From Oscillospiraceae bacterium (GTDB lineage Bacteria; Bacillota; Clostridia; Oscillospirales; Ruminococcaceae): DNA of 64,000 bases. Shown here piece after piece: positions 16,815 through 27,505 of this stretch (positions are counted from its first letter, which is position 1; every line of letters starts with the position of its first letter). The position numbers and the translations under genes are program-made. Location: positions 23,421 to 87,420 of the forward strand of contig JBJESB010000092.1 in the NCBI GenBank assembly GCA_051882575.1, written 5' to 3'. Below the pieces are notes generated by a model. The model did no database searches, was not told where the DNA came from, and saw only the letters and a program-made list of their open reading frames with translations.

Positions 16815-17552
16815 ATGGCAGACGAGGAAACGCTCAAGTATAAGAGAGTACTGCTGAAATTAAGCGGCGAGGCTTTGGCAGGACCCAAGGAAAGCGGATT
16901 GGATATTCCTACCATTGAGAATATCTGCAAAAGTATAAAGAAATGCGTTGATGCCGGCGCAGAAATCGGTATTGTAGTCGGCGGCGGAAATTTCTGGCGC
17001 GGCAGAAGCTCCGAGGGTATGGACAGAGCCCGCGCAGACCATATCGGAATGCTTGCAACCACTATGAACGCTCTTGCTGTTGCGGATGTGCTGGAAAAGC
17101 AGGGTTGTATTGTAAGAGTGCAGACGGCAATAACCATGCAGCAGGTTGCCGAGCCGTTTATTCTGGGCAAGGCTATAAGACATCTTGAAAAGGGCAGGGT
17201 TGTAATTTTCGGCTGCGGAACCGGCAATCCGTTCTTCTCAACTGACAGCGCAGCTTCACTTCGTGCGGCAGAGCTTGGCGCAGACATTTTGCTTAAGGCT
17301 ACAATGGTAGACGGAATCTACGACAAAGACCCGAAGAAGTTTACCGATGCAGTTAAGTATGATGTTATCACTCACCATGATATTCTTGTAAAGAAGCTTC
17401 AGGTAATGGACAGCGCTGCAGCAGCTATCTGCACTGAAAATAATATTCCGATAATAGTATTTGACCTTAAGCGTCCCGATAATATTCTCGATGCAATAAT
17501 GGGCAAGAATGTTGGTACGCTTGTTACAAAGCACAGACATGATATTACATGA
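16815..17552 (+). CDS. pyrH: UMP kinase
   Basis: [29 protein letters not shown]. Confidence 0.96.
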   Translation: MADEETLKYKRVLLKLSGEALAGPKESGLDIPTIENICKSIKKCVDAGAEIGIVVGGGNFWRGRSSEGMDRARADHIGMLATTMNALAVADVLEKQGCIVRVQTAITMQQVAEPFILGKAIRHLEKGRVVIFGCGTGNPFFSTDSAASLRAAELGADILLKATMVDGIYDKDPKKFTDAVKYDVITHHDILVKKLQVMDSAAAAICTENNIPIIVFDLKRPDNILDAIMGKNVGTLVTKHRHDIT

Positions 17553-17567
17553 AATGAGGTATGAGCT

Positions 17568-18122
17568 ATGAAAGAAATTCTTGACAGAACTAAGGAAAAG
17601 ATGACTAAGTGTATCGCTGCTTTGGAAAGTGAGCTTGGCACTATTCGTGCGGGCAGAGCAAATCCGGGTGTGCTTGACAAGATAACCGTAGATTATTACG
17701 GAACGCCTACACCTATCAACCAGATGGCGTCTATTTCTGTTGCCGAGGCAAGAATCCTTGTTGTACAGCCGTATGACGCTTCCACACTCGGAAAGATTGA
17801 AAAGGCTATTCAGGCAAGTGACCTCGGAATCAATCCTACAAACGACGGACGTGTGCTGCGTATAGTATTCCCGCAGCTTACCGAGGAGCGCAGAAAGGAA
17901 CTGTGCAAAACTGTAAGCAAAACGGTTGAGGAAAGCAAGGTAGCTTTGAGAAACGTGCGCCGTGACGCGATGGATAAGATTAAGGCAAAGAAGAAGAACA
18001 ACGAAATCACAGAGGATGATGTTAAGGACGCAGAGAAGAATATTCAGAAGCTGACTGACAAATACTGTGATGAGGCTGACAGCGTCGGAGCTGCAAAAGA
18101 AAAGGAAATCATGTCTATCTGA
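17568..18122 (+). CDS. frr: Ribosome recycling factor
   Basis: IRAGRANP, YYGTPTPI, PQLTEERRKEL. Confidence 0.96.
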   Translation: MKEILDRTKEKMTKCIAALESELGTIRAGRANPGVLDKITVDYYGTPTPINQMASISVAEARILVVQPYDASTLGKIEKAIQASDLGINPTNDGRVLRIVFPQLTEERRKELCKTVSKTVEESKVALRNVRRDAMDKIKAKKKNNEITEDDVKDAEKNIQKLTDKYCDEADSVGAAKEKEIMSI

Positions 18123-18826
18123 TGGAGAATGTATCCGTTCCGAAGCACGTCGGAATCATTATGGACGGCAACGGCAGGTGGGCAAAAAAGCGCGGCTTGC
18201 CGCGTAATCTTGGGCACAAGCAGGGCGCTGCCGTATTTAAGAAAACCATTAACTGGGCGAGAGAGCTTGGAATCTCCTGCGTTACATTCTATGCGTTTTC
18301 AACCGAGAACTGGAAGCGCCCGCAAAGCGAAATCGACGGGATAATATCGCTTTTGCGGCAGTATATTAAGGATATAAAAGCTGCCGCGAAAGAGAATATC
18401 CGCATTATCATTCTCGGAGACTATTCGGCATTTGGTGAGGATATTGCGGCGGAGCTGCTGAATATTGAGCAGACTTCAAAGAATAACACCGGTTTCAAAG
18501 CAGCAATTGCGCTGAATTACGGCGGCAGAGCCGAGATACTCCGAGCAGCGCAGAAGCTTGCGCAGAGATGCTGCGACGGGGCTTTGAATCCAGCCGAGAT
18601 TACGGAGGAAATGCTGGAACACGAGCTTTTCACCGCAGAAATGCCTCCGCTTGACCTTGTGGTTCGACCCAGCGGCGAGCAAAGACTTTCAAATTTTATG
18701 ATTTGGCAGGCTGCTTATGCGGAGTTTGTCTTTATGGATGTACTCTGGCCTGACTTTAATAAATCTCATCTTGAAGCCGCTATTGAGGAATACTCAAGGC
18801 GAAACCGCAGGTATGGCGGGGTTTAG
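18122..18826 (+). CDS. uppS: Undecaprenyl diphosphate synthase
   Basis: HVGIIMDGNGRWAK, YAFSTENWKRP, NYGGR, RPSGEQRLSNF. Confidence 0.95.
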   Translation: MENVSVPKHVGIIMDGNGRWAKKRGLPRNLGHKQGAAVFKKTINWARELGISCVTFYAFSTENWKRPQSEIDGIISLLRQYIKDIKAAAKENIRIIILGDYSAFGEDIAAELLNIEQTSKNNTGFKAAIALNYGGRAEILRAAQKLAQRCCDGALNPAEITEEMLEHELFTAEMPPLDLVVRPSGEQRLSNFMIWQAAYAEFVFMDVLWPDFNKSHLEAAIEEYSRRNRRYGGV

Positions 18827-18853
18827 CGGCTGATAAGAGAAAGGACACACCTT

Positions 18854-19684
18854 ATGGCTGTTCGAATTCTTTCTGCATTTATTGGAATAGTGATAGGTGT
18901 TGCTGTTCTGATTATTGATAATGTGTGGGTCTATACGGCAGTGATGTCTGTTATCAGCGCAATTGCGATTTATGAAATGACCCGCGCGGTAAAATGCGAT
19001 AAGCATAAGCTTCTGCGGTGGTTTTGCATAATCACCGGAGCTGTGATGCCTTTTATCAGAATTATTGAGCAGCTTCGTTTCCTTGATTCGCTTGTTACAA
19101 CGCTGTTTATTCTTGTGTTATTCGGAATCAGGCTGAAGAATCATAAGACTATTACCTATGAACAGCTTGCAATGTGTGGATTTTCAACGATTGCGCTTTC
19201 GTTTTCACTGAGCAGCCTGATACTACTCAGATATTATTACCCTGACGGAAAGCTTGGCGTGTTCTTGATTCTTTTCACGCTTTTCAGCGCATGGTTCGGT
19301 GATTCCGGAGCTTACTTTGTGGGAACATTCCTTGGAAAGCACAAATTGTGTCCGAATGTCAGCCCAAAGAAAACGGTCGAGGGTTTGATTGGCGGAGTTG
19401 TAACTGTTGGTATTGTTACAGTGATTACCTGCATAATATATAATGCGATTGCCATGTACAAGGTTGAGTTGTTTGTAATGGTACCTGTTTCAATGGTTGC
19501 CTCGCTTGTCGGTGTTCTTGGCGACCTATCCGCTTCGGTTATAAAACGCGAGTTTGATGTGAAGGATTTCGGCAACATTATGCCGGGTCACGGCGGCGTA
19601 ATAGACAGATTTGACAGTGTGTTTTTCGTAGCGCCTGTCGTATATTTCCTGTTTACTTTCTTCCCGCCTTCGCTTGGTCTATGA
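18854..19684 (+). CDS. cdsA: Phosphatidate cytidylyltransferase
   Basis: DSGAYFVG, SPKKTVEG, KREFDVKDFG...PGHGGVIDRFD. Confidence 0.93.
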   Translation: MAVRILSAFIGIVIGVAVLIIDNVWVYTAVMSVISAIAIYEMTRAVKCDKHKLLRWFCIITGAVMPFIRIIEQLRFLDSLVTTLFILVLFGIRLKNHKTITYEQLAMCGFSTIALSFSLSSLILLRYYYPDGKLGVFLILFTLFSAWFGDSGAYFVGTFLGKHKLCPNVSPKKTVEGLIGGVVTVGIVTVITCIIYNAIAMYKVELFVMVPVSMVASLVGVLGDLSASVIKREFDVKDFGNIMPGHGGVIDRFDSVFFVAPVVYFLFTFFPPSLGL

Positions 19685-19756
19685 TTTTTTGAGAATATCT
19701 GCCCATTCACAAATGCGACAGCTGATGTGGGTGGGTGGTTTTGTTAGAGGGATATT

Positions 19757-20896
19757 ATGAGTGGAATAGTATTGCTTGGTTCAACGGGCTCAATCGGAGC
19801 GCAGACGCTGGAAGTATGCAGAGCAAACAATATCGGCGTTAAGGCGATTTCTGCAAACAAAAATACCGCCTTGCTTGAAGAACAGGCGCGTGAATTCAGC
19901 CCCGAATATGTTTGTGTTTACGACGAAGGGTATTATTCCGATATAAAATCTCGGCTTGCAGATACTGAAATCAAAATTGTCTGCGGAATGGCAGGGCTTT
20001 GTGAATTAGCGAGCCTTGATTGCGACAAGGTGGTCAATTCTGTTGTTGGAATGGTCGGCTTACAGCCGACGCTTGCCGCAGCAGAGCACGGAAATGATAT
20101 CGCACTTGCCAACAAGGAAACGCTGGTTGCAGGCGGAAAAATTGTGCTGGACGCGGTAAAGAGAAACAATGTTGAGCTGCTGCCGATTGACAGCGAGCAT
20201 TCCGCGATTTTTCAGTGCCTTATGGGAGCAATGGGCAATCCTGTCAGCAAAATTCTGCTTACTGCATCGGGCGGACCTTTTTACGGGATGACATCAGAAC
20301 AGCTTAAGAATGTAACGCGCGAGCAAGCGTTAAAGCATCCCAACTGGAGCATGGGCGCAAAAATCACCATTGACAGCGCCACACTTATGAATAAAGGCTT
20401 GGAGCTTATCGAGGCTGTTCGGCTTTTTGGTGTATCTCCCGAGCGGATTGAAATTGTAGTACACAGGCAGAGCATTGTTCATTCTGCGGTTGAGTTTGAA
20501 GACGGAGCTGTGATTGCTCAGCTTGGAACAGCAGATATGCGCATACCGATACAGCTAGCACTGACATATCCTAAACGATTGCCTTCGCCTGCAAAAAGAT
20601 TGTCGTTATTTGAGGTTGGCAAGCTGACCTTTGAAAGACCCGATGAAAAAACATTTGTTTGTCTTGGCGCTGCCAAAAAAGCGATTACCAAAGAGGGCAA
20701 TGCGCCTTGTATCGTAAACAGTGCAAATGAAGCGGCGGTTGCGCTGTTCTTAAACGGGCGCATTCGTTTCTGTGAAATAGGCGAGGCAGTATGTTCAGCG
20801 CTGGAAAATATAAAGTATATATCCGACCCGTCGTTGGAAGACATTCTTGACACGCAACAGGCGGCAGAGGAGTATGTAAGGAATAGTATTGGCTGA
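19757..20896 (+). CDS. dxr: 1-deoxy-D-xylulose-5-phosphate reductoisomerase
   Basis: LGSTGSIG, LANKETLV, PIDSEHSA, HPNWSMGAKITIDSATLMNKG. Confidence 0.96.
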   Translation: MSGIVLLGSTGSIGAQTLEVCRANNIGVKAISANKNTALLEEQAREFSPEYVCVYDEGYYSDIKSRLADTEIKIVCGMAGLCELASLDCDKVVNSVVGMVGLQPTLAAAEHGNDIALANKETLVAGGKIVLDAVKRNNVELLPIDSEHSAIFQCLMGAMGNPVSKILLTASGGPFYGMTSEQLKNVTREQALKHPNWSMGAKITIDSATLMNKGLELIEAVRLFGVSPERIEIVVHRQSIVHSAVEFEDGAVIAQLGTADMRIPIQLALTYPKRLPSPAKRLSLFEVGKLTFERPDEKTFVCLGAAKKAITKEGNAPCIVNSANEAAVALFLNGRIRFCEIGEAVCSALENIKYISDPSLEDILDTQQAAEEYVRNSIG

Positions 20897-20911
20897 TTTA
20901 TCGGAGGTTGT

Positions 20912-21958
20912 ATGGAGATAGTAATTGCAATACTCGTTTTTTGCGTAATAATAATCATACATGAGCTTGGGCATTTTACTGCGGCAAAGCTTTGTGGTAT
21001 ACAGGTCAATGAGTTTGCGCTTGGTATGGGTCCTGTTATTCTGCGAAAGCAGCACGGTGAAACGGAATATGTGCTGAGATTGTTTCCGATTGGCGGTTCG
21101 GTTTCTATGGAGGGTGAAAACGGCGATTCCGATGAAGATAACCCTCGTGCATTCAACCGCAAGCCGGTATGGCAAAGAATGATAGTAATTCTTGCAGGTC
21201 CAATAATGAATCTTATTCTTGGTTTGATAGTTGTGATTATTTCTACCTGCACAGCAGACCTTGTGGCTACTACGACAATCAGCGTCTTTCGCGAGGATTC
21301 TGTCAGCTCAAACTATCTGATGCTGGATGATGAGATTACCGAAATCGAAGGTCTGCCGATTTTTTCTGCAACAGATATTTCTTATAAGCTGCAAAACAGC
21401 GACCGAAAAAACGAAAGCGGTAATCTTGTTTTCGATTTTACTGTAAGAAGAAACGGCGAGTTGGTTAAGCTCAAAGACGTAGAATTTGCCACAACAACCA
21501 ATGAAAACGGTACAGACAGCCTGTATTTTGATTTCAAGGTTTATCCAATGGAGAAAAACTTCCTCAGTGTGATGTCGCACAGCCTCAGAGAATCACTGTC
21601 TACGGGAAGATTGATAATTATTTCGCTGATTGATATAGTACGCGGCAAATATGGACTAAACGATTTTGCAGGACCTGTAGGAGTTGTGCAGGTAGTGTCA
21701 CAGAGCGTTTCATACGGGCTGTCAACATTTTTAAGCCTTGTTTCAATGATTACAATAAATATCGGTGTGTTCAATCTTCTGCCCATACCTGCGCTGGACG
21801 GCAGCCGCTTTGTGTTCCTGATTATTGAGGCTATACGCCGTAAGCCGTTAAAGCCCGAAGTCGAGGGAATTGTGCATTTTGTGGGATTCGCTCTGCTGAT
21901 GATATTTATGATTGTCGTTACCGCAAGCGATATCACGCGCCTTGTAACAGGAGGATAA
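20912..21958 (+). CDS. rseP: Site-2 protease RseP/RasP
   Basis: HELGH, AGPIMN, NLLPIPALDG. Confidence 0.92.
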   Translation: MEIVIAILVFCVIIIIHELGHFTAAKLCGIQVNEFALGMGPVILRKQHGETEYVLRLFPIGGSVSMEGENGDSDEDNPRAFNRKPVWQRMIVILAGPIMNLILGLIVVIISTCTADLVATTTISVFREDSVSSNYLMLDDEITEIEGLPIFSATDISYKLQNSDRKNESGNLVFDFTVRRNGELVKLKDVEFATTTNENGTDSLYFDFKVYPMEKNFLSVMSHSLRESLSTGRLIIISLIDIVRGKYGLNDFAGPVGVVQVVSQSVSYGLSTFLSLVSMITINIGVFNLLPIPALDGSRFVFLIIEAIRRKPLKPEVEGIVHFVGFALLMIFMIVVTASDITRLVTGG

Positions 21959-21960
21959 TT

Positions 21961-22995
21961 TTGAGCAGAAAAAAGGTTAAGGTCGCAGGGCTTACACTGG
22001 GCGGCGAAAAAGTATATATTCAATCAATGCTGAATATACCCGCAGCAGATGTCGAGGGCAGTGTTTATCAAGCGCTTGAGCTTGAAAAGGCAGGCTGCGA
22101 AATAGTGCGTGCCGCCGTACCTACGCTTGAGGATGTCAGGCTGATTCCTGCAATTAAAGCAAAGGTCAGCATTCCGCTGGTTGCAGATATTCATTTTGAT
22201 TACAGAATAGCCCTTGCCGCGGTTGATGCAGGGGTTGATAAGGTGCGAATCAATCCGGGCAATATAGGCAGCTTTGACAAGGTTAAAGCGGTTGCCGATA
22301 AGTGCCGTCAGAATAATGTTCCAATCAGAATCGGCGTAAATTCAGGCTCTCTGGAACGCGAGCTGCTTGAAAAGTATGGAAGTCCAACTGCCGAAGCGCT
22401 TGTTGAAAGCGCAATGCGTCATGTAGAAATGCTGAATGCCTGTGATTTTGACGATATTGTAATCAGCATAAAGTCCTCTGATGTCAGGCTAATGATACAA
22501 GCGTACCGTTTGCTTGCACAGCGGGTTGATTACCCCTTACACCTTGGAGTTACCGAGGCAGGCACAGAACACATGGGTATGCTGAAATCGGCAGTGGGAA
22601 TCGGCTCTCTGCTGTGCGACGGAATCGGTGATACGATTCGCGTTTCACTCACGGCCGACCCTGTCCGTGAGGTATATGCGGCAAAGGATATACTTAAAGC
22701 CTGTGGAATGGGAACAGGCGTAGAAATAGTATCCTGTCCAACCTGCGGCAGAACAAAAATTGACCTTATCGGTTTGGCGCAGAGAGTGGAAGAAATGTGC
22801 CGCACAATAGACAAGCCAGTTAAGGTTGCGGTTATGGGCTGCGCGGTAAACGGACCGGGTGAAGCGCGCGAGGCAGATATTGGCGTAGCAGGCGGCTGCG
22901 GAGAAGGTCTGATTTTCAAAAAGGGTGAGATTCTGCGCAAGGTGCCCGAGGACAAGATACTTTCGGAACTGAAAAAGGAAATCGAGAAGCTTTAA
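21961..22995 (+). CDS. ispG: HMBPP synthase
   Basis: PLVADIHFD, RINPGNIG, PLHLGVTEAG, SCPTCGR, MGCAVNGPGE. Confidence 0.96.
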   Translation: MSRKKVKVAGLTLGGEKVYIQSMLNIPAADVEGSVYQALELEKAGCEIVRAAVPTLEDVRLIPAIKAKVSIPLVADIHFDYRIALAAVDAGVDKVRINPGNIGSFDKVKAVADKCRQNNVPIRIGVNSGSLERELLEKYGSPTAEALVESAMRHVEMLNACDFDDIVISIKSSDVRLMIQAYRLLAQRVDYPLHLGVTEAGTEHMGMLKSAVGIGSLLCDGIGDTIRVSLTADPVREVYAAKDILKACGMGTGVEIVSCPTCGRTKIDLIGLAQRVEEMCRTIDKPVKVAVMGCAVNGPGEAREADIGVAGGCGEGLIFKKGEILRKVPEDKILSELKKEIEKL

Positions 22996-23006
22996 GGAGA
23001 AGATAG

Positions 23007-26000
23007 ATGTCAAAATTAAGAGAATTGTTTGAAGGTACCGAGCTGCCGCAGTCTATTGCAGACAGTGAAGCTCTTGGCATAATTTACAACAGGGCGAAAG
23101 ACTCTCTGATGATAAATATTTCAATGGATGAGCTTGCTGCGGCTGAAGATATTCTGTCGGCAGAAAGCATTATTAAATCGCTGCTGAAGGATACGGATAT
23201 TTCGCTGTTTCCGAAGTATCATCCGTCGCTTTTTAATCCCGATTATCTTTATGAAATCATCAAAATACTGAAGAGCAGAAATGCTGCAATCAATGGTTAC
23301 CTTGATAACGCGCAAATAGACAATACCGACAATGATTTTGAAATCTCTCTGCAATCGGGCGGCAGAGATTTTCTGCTCAGTTCCGGCATTGATACAAAAA
23401 TCAAGCAGTATGTAAAAGGCTTTTTTGATACACAGATTAACGTCACATTTACAGGCAATTCCGAGGTAGACCTGAACGAGTATCTTACCGACGAACAGAG
23501 TGCGCCGCTGCCAAAGGTTGTAATCGGGCTTACACCGCCGAAGGAGGAATCACCTTATAAAGGCGGCGGGCAAAAGGGCGGGCGTTCACGCCGCCCACAG
23601 TTCATTAAAGAGCCCGTAGAAATAATACTGCCGTTTGAATCACCAAAATTTGGCAATACTGCGAAGCTGTTTTATGGTAAGGAAATCGTTGATGAGCCTA
23701 CACCTATGTCGGGTCAGTTTATTGAAGGCGACGAGGTAACGCTGTGGGGTGAGATATTCAAGCTGGAGGAAAAAACCTCAAAGAATGGCAACACACTCAT
23801 TCTCACCGTATATTTTTCCGATAAGACTTCTTCCATAATCATGAAGGTTATTACAGATACCGACAGTGCTGATATCAAGAATTGCCTTAAAACGGGAAAA
23901 GCAATTGTGGCAAGCGGAAAGTTTGAGATGGATACATACTCAAATCCGTCTTTCCTGTATTTCAGACCTAACTCAATGGCTGAAATCAAGCTCACAAAGA
24001 GAAAAGACAACGCAGAGGAAAAGCGCGTTGAGCTTCACATGCATACCACTATGTCCGATATGGATGCAATAACACCCGCAGGAGTGCTTGTTAATCAGGC
24101 TTTTGAATGGGGACATAAGGCAGTTGCAATCACCGACCACGGCAACTGTCAGGCATATCCCGAGGCTATGAACACTGTTGAGAAAATCCGCAAGGGCGGC
24201 GGTGAGATGAAAGTCATTTACGGCATGGAAGCATACTTTGTAAATGACAGCGAGGCGCTTATAACAGATTCATCCGATTATTCAATCAACGATGATATTG
24301 TTGTGTTTGACCTTGAAACCACAGGCTTGGGCGCGGGTTCTCACAGGATTATTGAAATCGGCGCTGTAAAGCTTCGCGGCATGGAGGTGGTTGAGGAATT
24401 TAACACATTTGTTGACCCCGAGCGCGAAATTACTGCCGAAATCACCAAGCTGACAGGCATTACCGATAACATGGTTGACGGCGCTCCAAAGGAGAAAGAA
24501 GCGGTTGAGAGCTTTCTTGCGTTTGCAGGGAATGCCGTGCTTGTAGCGCACAATGCCGATTTTGATGTTGGCTTTATTCTCGCTGCGTGTGAACGCTGCG
24601 GCATATCGTACAAGCCAAAGTATGTTGATACCGTAAAGCTGTGCCGCGCTGCGCTGCCTCACCTTAAAAAGCACAAGCTGGATGTGGTTGCAAAGGAATA
24701 CGGCTTAGGCGACTTTAATCATCATCGCGGAATTGACGACGCAAAAATGCTCGCTCTGATTTTCCAGCGGTTGATTTCAGATGCAGGTAAGGGCAGAAAG
24801 CTCGAAAAGCTCGGCGACCTTAACTCCGCCCTTGGAAGCATTGATATCAAGAAGCTGCCGACCTATCACATGATTATTCTTGTGCAGAATGCGGTAGGTC
24901 TTAAAAATCTCTATAAGCTTATATCCTATTCAAACCTTAATTATTTTTATAAGAAACCTCGAGTACCGTATTCGGTGCTTGAAAAGCACCGCGAGGGATT
25001 GCTGCTTGGCAGTGCGTGTGAGGCGGGAGAGCTTTTTCACGCAATACTTGAAAACAAATCCGAGGAATACATTGAAAGCATTGCTTCAATGTATGATTTC
25101 CTTGAAATCCAGCCAATCGGAAACAATGCATTCCTTATGCGAAAGGGTCTTGTTTCAGACGAGGAGGACCTGCGTGACCTCAACAAACGTATAGTTGCGC
25201 TTGGAGAAAAACTGGGCAAGCCTGTTGTTGCTACCTGTGACGTTCATTTCATGGATGCAGAGGACGCAGTATACAGAAAGATACTTCAGGCGGGACAGGG
25301 CTATGATGACGCAGATTATCAGGCGCCGCTCTATTTCAGAACAACCGATGAAATGCTTGCGGAGTTCATGTATCTCGGTGAGGAAAAGGCAAAAGAGGTT
25401 GTCATTACCAATACAAACATGATAGCGGATATGATTTCCGATGATATCCGACCCATTCCCAAGGGTACCTTTACGCCCTCAATTGAAGGCGCAGTGGAGG
25501 AGCTTCAGGACTTGTGCTGGACACGAGCTCATGCTTGGTACGGCGATGAGCTTCCCGAGATAGTAGAATCAAGATTGAGCAGAGAACTTCAAGCCATAAC
25601 TCAATATGGATTCTCCGTGCTGTATATGATTGCACAGAAGCTGGTTAAGTTCAGCGAGGATAATGGCTACTTAGTAGGCTCAAGAGGCTCGGTAGGCTCT
25701 TCGTTTGTCGCAATAATGTCGGGAATATCCGAGGTTAATCCGCTTGCGCCGCATTACCGCTGCCCAAAGTGCCGCTACAATGAGTTTGTAACCGATGGTT
25801 CGGTCGGCTCGGGATTCGACCTTCCGCAGAAGAACTGTCCAAACTGCGGCACAGATATGATTCGTGACGGACACGATATACCGTTTGAAACCTTCCTTGG
25901 TTTCAAGGGTGATAAAGCGCCCGATATTGACCTTAATTTCTCCGGAGAGGTACAGGGAAAGGTTCACAGATACACCGAAGAATTGTTCGGTAAAGACCAT

Positions 26001-27347
26001 GTGTTCAAGGCGGGTACAATTTCCGCTGTGCAGGACAAGACCGCTTTCGGTTATGTTAAGAAATACTGCGAGGAACGCGGTATTGTGCTTAATAATGCCG
26101 AAATGGAGCGCCTTGCAATCGGATGTACCGGAGTTAAGAGAACCACATCCCAGCATCCCGGAGGCATGGTTGTTGTTCCCGGAGACCACGAGGTATATGA
26201 TTTCACACCCGTGCAGCATCCTGCCGATAAAACCGAGAGCGACATGATTACAACGCACTTCGACTTCCACGCTCTGCATGACACCATTCTTAAGCTGGAT
26301 GAGCTCGGACACGATGTGCCTACGCTCTATAAGCATCTTGAGGATATGACAGGAATAAAGATTGCGGATGTTCCGACCTCCGACCCGCAGGTGTACAAGC
26401 TGTTTACTTCAACAGAGCCGATAGGACTGACATACGAGGATATCGGCGTATACAGCGGAACATTCGGCATTCCGGAGTTTGGCACGACTTTCTCTATGCA
26501 GATGCTTAGAGACGCCCAGCCGAAATGCTTCTCCGACCTGCTTCAGATATCCGGTCTCTCACACGGAGAGGGTGTTTGGGTTAACAACGCCAAGGACTTG
26601 ATTGAGAACGGAACCTGTACTATTTCCAATGTTATCGGTACCCGTGATAATATCATGGTCTATCTTATGCACAAGGGAGTTGAGCCCGGTCTTGCATTTA
26701 AGATTATGGAGATAACAAGAAAGGGCAACGCACTTAAGCTGTTTGATGACACAATTTATCAGGCGTTTAAGGATAACAACGTACCGGATTGGTATGTTGA
26801 AAGCTGCAAAAAGATAAAGTATATGTTCCCTAAGGCTCACGCTGCGGCTTATGTAACTGCTGCTGTAAAGCTGTGCTGGTTCAAGATTTACAAGCCCTGT
26901 GAATTCTACGCAGCAACCCTTACAAAGCATACGGAAAACCTTGAGCTTGAAACAATCCTTGCGGGTAAGGCTGCTGTAAAGAACAGGGTTCAGGAGCTTT
27001 CGCAGATACAAAAACCGCAGGTTAAGGAAAAGGGTACACTTGATGCGCTTCAGCTTGTACATGAGATGATGTGCAGAGGAATAGGTGTTTTGCCTGTTGA
27101 TATTATGAAATCAAAGGCTGTTGAGTATGTTATAGAGGATAACAAGCTGCGTCTGCCGCTGTGTTCGGTAGACGGCTGCGGTGAAAATGCCGCATACAAG
27201 CTGGAGGAGGTTATTCATTCAAATGATGACCTGTGCATTGAGGAGCTTCAGCAGTTAAGCGGCGTAAACAGCTCTGTAATTGAAAAGATGAAAGCGCAGG
27301 GCGTTTTTGGCGATATGCCCGATTCTGCCCAGATGACGCTTTTCTGA
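23007..27347 (+). CDS. polC: DNA polymerase III PolC-type alpha subunit
   Basis: ELHMHT PHP domain, inserted DLETTG exonuclease, GSRGSVGSS, PDIDLNFSG, YMFPKAHA; 1446 aa, no intein apparent. Confidence 0.97.
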   Translation: MSKLRELFEGTELPQSIADSEALGIIYNRAKDSLMINISMDELAAAEDILSAESIIKSLLKDTDISLFPKYHPSLFNPDYLYEIIKILKSRNAAINGYLDNAQIDNTDNDFEISLQSGGRDFLLSSGIDTKIKQYVKGFFDTQINVTFTGNSEVDLNEYLTDEQSAPLPKVVIGLTPPKEESPYKGGGQKGGRSRRPQFIKEPVEIILPFESPKFGNTAKLFYGKEIVDEPTPMSGQFIEGDEVTLWGEIFKLEEKTSKNGNTLILTVYFSDKTSSIIMKVITDTDSADIKNCLKTGKAIVASGKFEMDTYSNPSFLYFRPNSMAEIKLTKRKDNAEEKRVELHMHTTMSDMDAITPAGVLVNQAFEWGHKAVAITDHGNCQAYPEAMNTVEKIRKGGGEMKVIYGMEAYFVNDSEALITDSSDYSINDDIVVFDLETTGLGAGSHRIIEIGAVKLRGMEVVEEFNTFVDPEREITAEITKLTGITDNMVDGAPKEKEAVESFLAFAGNAVLVAHNADFDVGFILAACERCGISYKPKYVDTVKLCRAALPHLKKHKLDVVAKEYGLGDFNHHRGIDDAKMLALIFQRLISDAGKGRKLEKLGDLNSALGSIDIKKLPTYHMIILVQNAVGLKNLYKLISYSNLNYFYKKPRVPYSVLEKHREGLLLGSACEAGELFHAILENKSEEYIESIASMYDFLEIQPIGNNAFLMRKGLVSDEEDLRDLNKRIVALGEKLGKPVVATCDVHFMDAEDAVYRKILQAGQGYDDADYQAPLYFRTTDEMLAEFMYLGEEKAKEVVITNTNMIADMISDDIRPIPKGTFTPSIEGAVEELQDLCWTRAHAWYGDELPEIVESRLSRELQAITQYGFSVLYMIAQKLVKFSEDNGYLVGSRGSVGSSFVAIMSGISEVNPLAPHYRCPKCRYNEFVTDGSVGSGFDLPQKNCPNCGTDMIRDGHDIPFETFLGFKGDKAPDIDLNFSGEVQGKVHRYTEELFGKDHVFKAGTISAVQDKTAFGYVKKYCEERGIVLNNAEMERLAIGCTGVKRTTSQHPGGMVVVPGDHEVYDFTPVQHPADKTESDMITTHFDFHALHDTILKLDELGHDVPTLYKHLEDMTGIKIADVPTSDPQVYKLFTSTEPIGLTYEDIGVYSGTFGIPEFGTTFSMQMLRDAQPKCFSDLLQISGLSHGEGVWVNNAKDLIENGTCTISNVIGTRDNIMVYLMHKGVEPGLAFKIMEITRKGNALKLFDDTIYQAFKDNNVPDWYVESCKKIKYMFPKAHAAAYVTAAVKLCWFKIYKPCEFYAATLTKHTENLELETILAGKAAVKNRVQELSQIQKPQVKEKGTLDALQLVHEMMCRGIGVLPVDIMKSKAVEYVIEDNKLRLPLCSVDGCGENAAYKLEEVIHSNDDLCIEELQQLSGVNSSVIEKMKAQGVFGDMPDSAQMTLF

Positions 27348-27408
27348 CCAAAATATTCTGCCCTTGTTGATAATGCTCTGTTAATTATGCTGAAAAAATC
27401 AGCTGAAC

Positions 27409-27437
27409 TTGACAAAGCATTATCAATGTGGTATGAT
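27409..27437 (+). promoter_or_regulatory. SigA promoter of his operon
   Basis: TTGACA-17-TATGAT with TG extension. Confidence 0.7.
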
Positions 27438-27455
27438 AATATAGTAATGTAGTAG

Positions 27456-27475
27456 CATATTACCACACTAAAGTG
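27456..27475. promoter_or_regulatory. Candidate HisR (YerC-family) operator
   Basis: CATATTA-N6-TAAAGTG versus the YACTTTA-N6-TAAAGTR type consensus; between promoter and hisZ RBS. Confidence 0.5.
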
Positions 27476-27505
27476 ATAAAAAGATAATAAAGAGAGGTTA
27501 CCGAA

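Noticed and set aside
23007-27347. Possible intein in polC
   Set aside because: Length is typical of PolC; no splicing or LAGLIDADG motifs seen
27348-27505. His T-box or attenuator leader peptide
   Set aside because: Leader too short; no T-box motif or His-codon run
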